A DNA stretch of 63,988 nt, the filler included, from Folioceros fuciformis (Eukaryota): assembly GCA_049999805.1 (NCBI GenBank). It is 3 parts of one record of this genome, joined end to end, with 100 filler letters (N's around TTAATTAATTAA, not from the genome) between each part and the next. Parts side by side here need not be neighbours in the genome. Positions count along the whole stretch, not along the records: positions 37,257 to 63,988 come from JBNGIO010005931.1; 2 more parts are not named here. One strand, 5' to 3'. Position numbers and translations under genes: made by a program. Shown here piece by piece: positions 58,059-63,988 of the stretch. The notes under the pieces are model-generated. The model had not been told where the DNA came from and ran no database searches. It saw only the letters and a list, made by a program, of their open reading frames with translations. Position 1 is the stretch's first letter; each line of letters opens with the position of its first letter.

Positions 58059-61000
58059 TTAAACAAAAACTGGGTCATCATGGTTGGCTTCGGAATCCAC
58101 AACTACATCTAAATCTCTCAGCCGTTGTGCATTCGTATCGCCAAAGTCATCCCTACCAACTCGTAGCACCGAAGTTGGGGTCCTCTATAGTTTGGGGCGG
58201 CAAAGTACAATTCTCATCCCAGACGGTGATGGCATAAAGGTCCTCCGCTGGCCTAATCATCACCTCTCCTTTCTTGCCCAACATATTGAACACCATCATT
58301 TTGCGATCTACGCTCCCATCACTCCATACTTCCTTCGCCCAAAACTTTAATGGGCCTCGTGTAAACGACTCTGTTGTAATCTCCTCATCTGCGTCAAGCA
58401 AAGGCCCCAACCCGATAATCCGCTGCATAATATATGAAGTGCACCTCACATCCACATCGATAGCCACCGCGTGCCTTCCATGCTGAATTGCACTTTGGAG
58501 AAGAGATCACGAGCCTGTGCATGCATCAACCACCCAGTCCCCTTCACAAGAAAACATATTAATAAGCATACTCATCAACCCTAATGGTTTTTGGTAAGGG
58601 GAGACGACATGCGCATCTACTGAATGGAAAAGGTGCTTCTTCACCACCGCTCCATGCCTTATAACCCGCGGTAAGAGAAATCCCTGATTTGCAAAAAGTG
58701 GAGCCTTCAATTCTTGAGCCTCTGTTTGCACTGCACTTCCAACAGTCACATATTCAACTATTTCCACTGCTCCTGCGTTTGGGGGTATGTTAGTCTTCTC
58801 CCATACCAATGTCTGTATGCTCCCCTTCTTGCACCATGGTCGAAGTGCCTCCCTTGTTTCCAATATCAGATCCACTCCTTGCATTAGAATAACTCAAAAA
58901 ATATTACTCGAAGTTCATTCGCTGAACCCTCGAAGCGTTTCATCCAACTCGGCTACCTTCATTTGCTTGTCATACTCATGCCGCTGTAATCCCCGAGGCA
59001 AGTCTGCACATAGCAGCGTATAGGGGCGTTTGACAAGAAATGCCTTTATTTCTAGTACATTCCTTTGAATAACTTGATATTTCACCTTTGAATTACTCGC
59101 TAAAACTCAAAAATCCAATAACCCTGCGTCCATATCAGCGGCCGCCAGCTTCTACTTCTCTTCTTCCATCCTTTTCCAATTTTTCGCCGAATATACAAAA
59201 TCTTGGAATGGCTTGGGCAATGGCTCCAAGTCTACTATATCTCCAGGTTTCTGCAACCAGAATAGTCTACGTTAGTTTGGATACCAATTTGGCTACTTTA
59301 ACCTGAGCAGACATGAGTGCTCCGGTAGACCGGCGCACTGGGGTCCCAGCCGGGAGAAGTCTTCTGGTGCCCTTGAGCCCTAGCCGGCTACACCAGTGCG
59401 CCAGTCTACCGGCGCACTGGAGCGCGAACTTCGGGAGTGCGCCAGTCTACCACCGCACTGGAGCCCGAGCAGGGGGAAGTGCGCCGGTCTACCAGCACAC
59501 TGGAGCCCGAGCCGGCGGGAGTGCGCCAGTCTACCAGCGCACTATATCCCGCGCCGGCTGCCCAAGTGCGCCGGTAGACCGGCACACTGGAGCTCGAGCT
59601 GGCATCAGTGCGCCGGTAGATCGGCACACTAAAGCCCAAGCCGGTAGCAGTGTGCCGGTAGACCGGCGCACTAGAGCCCCAACCGGCAGCATGCGGCGGT
59701 AGACCGGCGCACTGTAGCCCGAGCCGGCGGCAGTGAGCCGGTAAACCGGAGCACTAGAGCCCCAGCTGGCAACAGTGTGCCGATAGACCGGCACCCTGCT
59801 GCTCGAGCAGGACTAGAGTGCGCCGGTAGAGTGGCGCACTCTAGTTCAATAACCAATGCATTACGGGGGAAGGAAAACAACATCAAACAGAAAAAACTTA
59901 ATCTCTTTTGCTTCTTCAAAGGTGTCACACTTCATTGCGATTCGGAAGGCATGTTGTATCAAGTGAATCTTCTTCTTCTTCCCGACTTTAGTGTCCATGT
60001 CTCTCAATTGAAGCTTGCCTTGAATAACCTTCTGTGTCACCGCAATCAACATCTCCTCTCCCTTCACACCTATTGGGACACCTTGAAAGGCTCTCCATGG
60101 CCTGCCCTGCATTGCTGATGGCCTCTTGCTGCTATCTTCCGTCACTTGGGTAACATAACTTTGTAAGACAGAATCTCCTGTCTTTCGTTTCGCCTTTGCT
60201 CTTTGTGGTCCCTGCTGTTACCATGCTCTTCTGCTCTGGCAGCTCACACTGTTCCCACATTCTGAATATCCTGTCCACATTGTCCCAAAGTACCCCAAAA
60301 CATCTAGCTACTCGATATGGCAAAGTCTGCCTATCCACCATCTTCTGGACCCAGTCTGTATCGTGAGGATCTCCACCTTCGTCAGTCATACCCAACAACC
60401 TGTATAGGTTGAACTTCCACTTCACTGGCGGCTTCTCTTCCACTGAATGAGTCCGAAAGAAAATATCTAGCTCGTCATGGATGTATCGCACCTGCTCAAT
60501 GAACCCCATCCTCTTCCTCTTCTCTGCATAAACATTGTGGTCGACAGCAAGAACTCTCATCTCTTCCTCTATCAACCCAGCATAAATGTGCCCTTCCATC
60601 CATTCGTACTTATCTTCCGCGGGGAACATCTGGTGGAGTTTCTGCATGGCTGCAAAGCAATGGTTGCCCCCTAATACTCCCATATGGTATTGCTGCACCG
60701 TTATTTTGTCCAAGGAAACCTCTTCCATGCTCGCTACTTGCTTCGGATCAATCATACAAAGGAGGGGCAAGATCCCTTCCTTAACGGAACTAGCCTGCAT
60801 CTACCTAACTAAGCTCTTTATCCAAGCTTTGTCTACTTGCCTTATCTGAGCGTCAAAGGTGATGAATGACGTAGGGTGCAAAACATCAACATGCAGATCA
60901 AAAGTCGTGGACGGAATCCTCTTGGCGTGGGCCCTTCTTCCTTATCCCATTCAAGTAGTCTTCATCTTGCGCCAACCTCTCAGTATTTGTTCTACTACAC

Positions 61001-62500
61001 AAGTGGGCTCTAGCTCCACTTGCTGCACTGCACCGCCCTTCCTTCTCTTTTGCTTCGCTGCCTGCCCTCTTGCTGCAGAGCCTCCTGGTTTTCTCCGCTT
61101 TGTCTGCGGAGATGTTGCTGCGGAGACGTATAGCCGTTGTGAGATTGGGGTCAGCATTCAGAGCTTTTCCAAAAGAATCAATGTACCAAAACAACCCCAC
61201 AACAATCAGCTAAGCATACAAACAACAGCCTCATCGGATGTCATCTTCCACTGTTTCGATGGAGATGCAAATGCTTTCCTCTTCCGCTGCCCTGGTGCGC
61301 TGGTAGACCGGCGCACTTGGGTCACCCTCTTGCACGGTGGAGTGATCTCATTTGGGGACTCATCTGATGCATCACCCTCGCAGGAAGTGCGGGGCGTCTC
61401 CAGAGCATTGTTCAAACTATCTTCCGCTGAGGAGTATTGAGCCATCTCCTGGACTTCCTCCTCTTTGCTATGTTCTTGAACGTCAGGTGCCTCCTCTTCC
61501 GAAACTTCAAGTTTCATACGTGGCATCTCCTGCCTGTCCTTCAAGAAATCTACTGCACGAGTGTTCAATACACCAAATTCTGCTTGCATCGACTTCCGCT
61601 GCCGCTCTCCCACAAGTCGTGCCACAAGAGCTCTGTTCTTCAGCACTGTGTCTCCCACACAACGCAAAACAATTTGACAAAACTGTTCTCCACCCTAATT
61701 AGAGAACATACAAACACAAAAGTTAGGGTTTAGGGTCATTCTCGGTAATGAAATATTAAACTTTTAAGCTGAGAAGACCGCTTACATCCTTCAATAAAAG
61801 ACAGTCTTTTAGCGCGTTTCTCAACCACAACGGTTCGCATTGGCGAGGAATGGCCTTCGCAACTTTCACAACGACTAAACTATGACTGTTGTAGTCATCC
61901 GTAATGTGGCTTGGTGGGTGTCGGGTTAGGATGAAATTCACGTGAGTTTCGTCATCTACACCATCCACTGACGCACAAAGAATCCATCTTGCTCTTCCTG
62001 CGCCAAGCCTTGAAAACCATTCGCCCACATAGCAACAAGAGGAATCCACGGCAAGTTCAAGTCATCAGGCTCATCTTCAGCTATCAAAAACCATTCCTTA
62101 TCAGTGTTGAATCTTTTGGCCAGAGTGTCTTCTAACTTCTTCAGTCTCAATCTCTCACAAAGTTGTAAGTATTCAGAATGTTGTAATTCTGACTGCCTCC
62201 TGTACTGCCACCTTGATTCACATTTAGAGGAATGTGGTTCAGAGGTCCTTCACTTGCTTTTGAATTGGACTCTCTCACGCTCCCACCTGAGTTATTCTTT
62301 CTTCCTCCGGCGGTCTGGGTGTTAGGAGTAGCCTCTTCGCTAGCGGGTGGTGGAGGTCGGCATCCATCTCTTTCGCTGGTGTGACGAGACGACGCTCGCA
62401 CGGTTGCTTTCCCGGCTTGCCTTTGCTTTTGTAATCGGGGAAGCGCCTCGACATCCCTGTCCACGAGCAGCAGTTTGTTGCTCCGATGACCAGATGCCAT
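58059..62500 (-). pseudogene. ParB-like + beta-class N6A/N4C DNA methyltransferase-like cargo gene (degenerate, copy B)
   Basis: IRQVDKAWIKSLVR*MQASSVKEGILPLLCMIDP...VLGGNHCFAA...EEEMRVLAVDHN; LLCADLPRG (58990-59004); LVWEKTN; SPYQKPLGLMSMLINMFSCEGDWVVDACTGS*S...AIDVD. Confidence 0.78.
59316..59845. repeat. Array of 12 24-bp palindromes, about 42-bp period, within an intervening sequence of the cargo gene
   Basis: Cores start at 59316, 59395, 59436, 59478, 59520, 59565, 59607, 59649, 59691, 59732, 59774 and 59817; the linkers (GGAGCCCGAGCCGGCRGC-like) are related to one another. Confidence 0.93.
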
Positions 62501-62669
62501 TGGTGTGCAACCAAAAAAATGAAGAGTCAAAAAGCTCTTAATCTAATCTGGAGACGGAAGATGTTGTAGACGAAGTGCCCATGCAGCGGATTTGTACAAG
62601 ACAAAATTCGAAAAGGTACTGTGCAGCTCAAAAACGAATATCCAACGTTGCCGACTGCCAATGCATTTA

Positions 62670-62827
62670 TAGCGTGATGAAGGTCGTATCAGGTGGTGAT
62701 TCTCTCTGAATAGTTAGTTCTAATTTGGCTCAAACTTTCAAATTGAATTAGCGTGATGAAGGTCGTATCAAGCGGCAATTCTCGCTGAACAGCTAGTTCT
62801 ATTTTTGGTCTAACGTTCACATTGCAT
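62670..62827. repeat. 79-bp tandem duplication in the intergenic region between the two divergent transposon genes
   Basis: TAGCGTGATGAAGGTCGTATCA at 62670 and 62749. Confidence 0.8.
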
Positions 62828-62935
62828 TAAACACCAGCGGTTTGGGACTTGGTTGAGGGGCATTGTTACAACGCTGCAGATTTGAAAGCAAGTCCAGCCG
62901 AAGTTCATACTCACCCTTCTTTCTTTTCCGCTTCC

Positions 62936-63988
62936 ATGGCAAACAAACCTTCATCATCGTGTCGCGGTATGGAGAAGTTTTGTGAAGATAGTAGCGACGA
63001 AGGTTTGGAAGAACGGACGATGCTTTTGTTCGTGGATTCACATGAATTTGATTTGCTTCTGTTTTACTAACGCGTGGATGATTCTTATCTCCAAGAGACC
63101 ATCCTTGCAGACATCAGTTTGAGGAGTTGAGGTTGTCGCCAATTTGTTGGAGTCTTCTAGACGAAATTCATAGTTGTCCAAGCCCGTCATCTCCGCGACA
63201 TTCATTTGTAGGAGCAATGATGAAGATGACACCTCTAAGGGGAAACGCCGATGTCTGTAGGTTCTCAGGAGGGAGTGGCGCAGATGGTTGGGGCCTAGAT
63301 ACTGGAACACAGATGCAGGAAGTGAACGATTCCATGAATGCGAATGAAGAAGGGCCTTGCAGTGAGGAGTGTTCGGGCTCAAGACAAACACCAAGCAAAC
63401 GGTCGAGCTTTAATCGCAAGTCGGCGTCGGAGTCAATGATCGAAACTCCCTTAGATCATCGACGATGTCGGCGAAAGAGACCTTCAACAATACCAGATGC
63501 TAAGTGTTTAGAGCTTCGCATTTCCCTTGATTATAGGAAGATATGTTGTGCGAGACAATGTCTGAGACTGCTTGGCAAACCAGGATTTAGAGAGTTGCGA
63601 TATTGTTTTCTAAAGATGAGCAGGACAGAACAAGAAACCTTTTTGCAAGCACATTTTGATGTCGATAAGACTAAGAGCGCACATCCAATCGCGGAACCAT
63701 TCTTAATCGGGTCGGGAAAAATAAGGTGTTGTCGAGACGCTTTCAAAAGAGTGTATTGTATTGGTTCAAATAGATATGAGGGAGCGAAAGATCATGCTTG
63801 TGGGAACATTGTGTGGTATGGAGCTATCCACTCATAGCCACAGACTCTAGGCTACGTCGCTACCACGTGCGTATGGATGGATCAATTGTTTCTCCTCATT
63901 GCGGAGCGTATGCCAAATGTTGAAGTGTACCATTTGCCAGACTCTTACACAAAGGAGGAAATTTTCATGGACTACAAGCGGCAAATGA
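62936..63988 (+). pseudogene. Sola/DUF7869-like transposase N-terminal part (copy B, partial)
   Basis: DYRKICCARQCLRLLGKPGFRELRY...IRCCRDAFKRVYCIG...WMDQLFLLIAERMPNVEVYHLPDSYTKEEIF, closely similar to the copy A peptide. Confidence 0.78.

Larger units (their letters stand above)
57748..63988. mobile_element. Large Sola/DUF7869-like DNA transposon, copy B (runs off the window)
   Basis: Left end CAAGGTCT...AAGCCCGT...ATTTGAA interrupts the gypsy pol frame (QQELALLEV|). Gene order and orientation are the same as in copy A. Confidence 0.78.

Noticed and set aside
59313-59794. 14-aa repeat proteins (SAPVDRRT...) on either strand
   Set aside because: A by-product of the GC-rich palindrome array; the period varies from 41 to 45 bp and breaks frame.
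59316-59845. CRISPR array (palindromic repeats with spacers)
   Set aside because: The linkers are only about 18 bp and similar to one another, there are no cas genes, and the context is eukaryotic. It is a palindrome-containing minisatellite.

Overview
Eukaryotic land-plant nuclear DNA, probably from a non-seed plant (inferred), with three assembly gaps; two of the gaps contain an artificial TTAATTAATTAA linker. Four host genes are recognisable: an intronless ABCG7-like transporter, CJD1 and LSM12 arranged head-to-head (LSM12 has a U12 AT-AC intron), and a many-exon CHD1/CHR5 chromatin remodeller whose 3' end is duplicated in inverted orientation. Most of the remainder is nested, decayed transposons, including three Ty1/copia elements and a copia RNase H remnant. 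The main highlight is two diverged copies (about 3632-10855 and 57748-end) of a large DNA transposon. Each pairs a Sola/DUF7869-like DDD transposase with a divergently transcribed, intron-containing cargo gene. That gene encodes a ParB-like domain fused to a phage/bacterial-type beta-class N6-adenine/N4-cytosine DNA methyltransferase with an unusual DLPR motif IV. The element is marked by a recurring 24-bp palindrome (AGTGCGCCGGT-AG-ACCGGCGCACT) that clusters in its introns and sits exactly 226 bp from the left terminus in both copies. A third, more divergent methyltransferase fragment lies at about 19.5-20.3 kb. Separately, two Ty3/gypsy remnants carry a C5-cytosine methyltransferase upstream of reverse transcriptase. 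All TE copies are degenerate. Family assignments come from motif recognition by eye, not from database searches.
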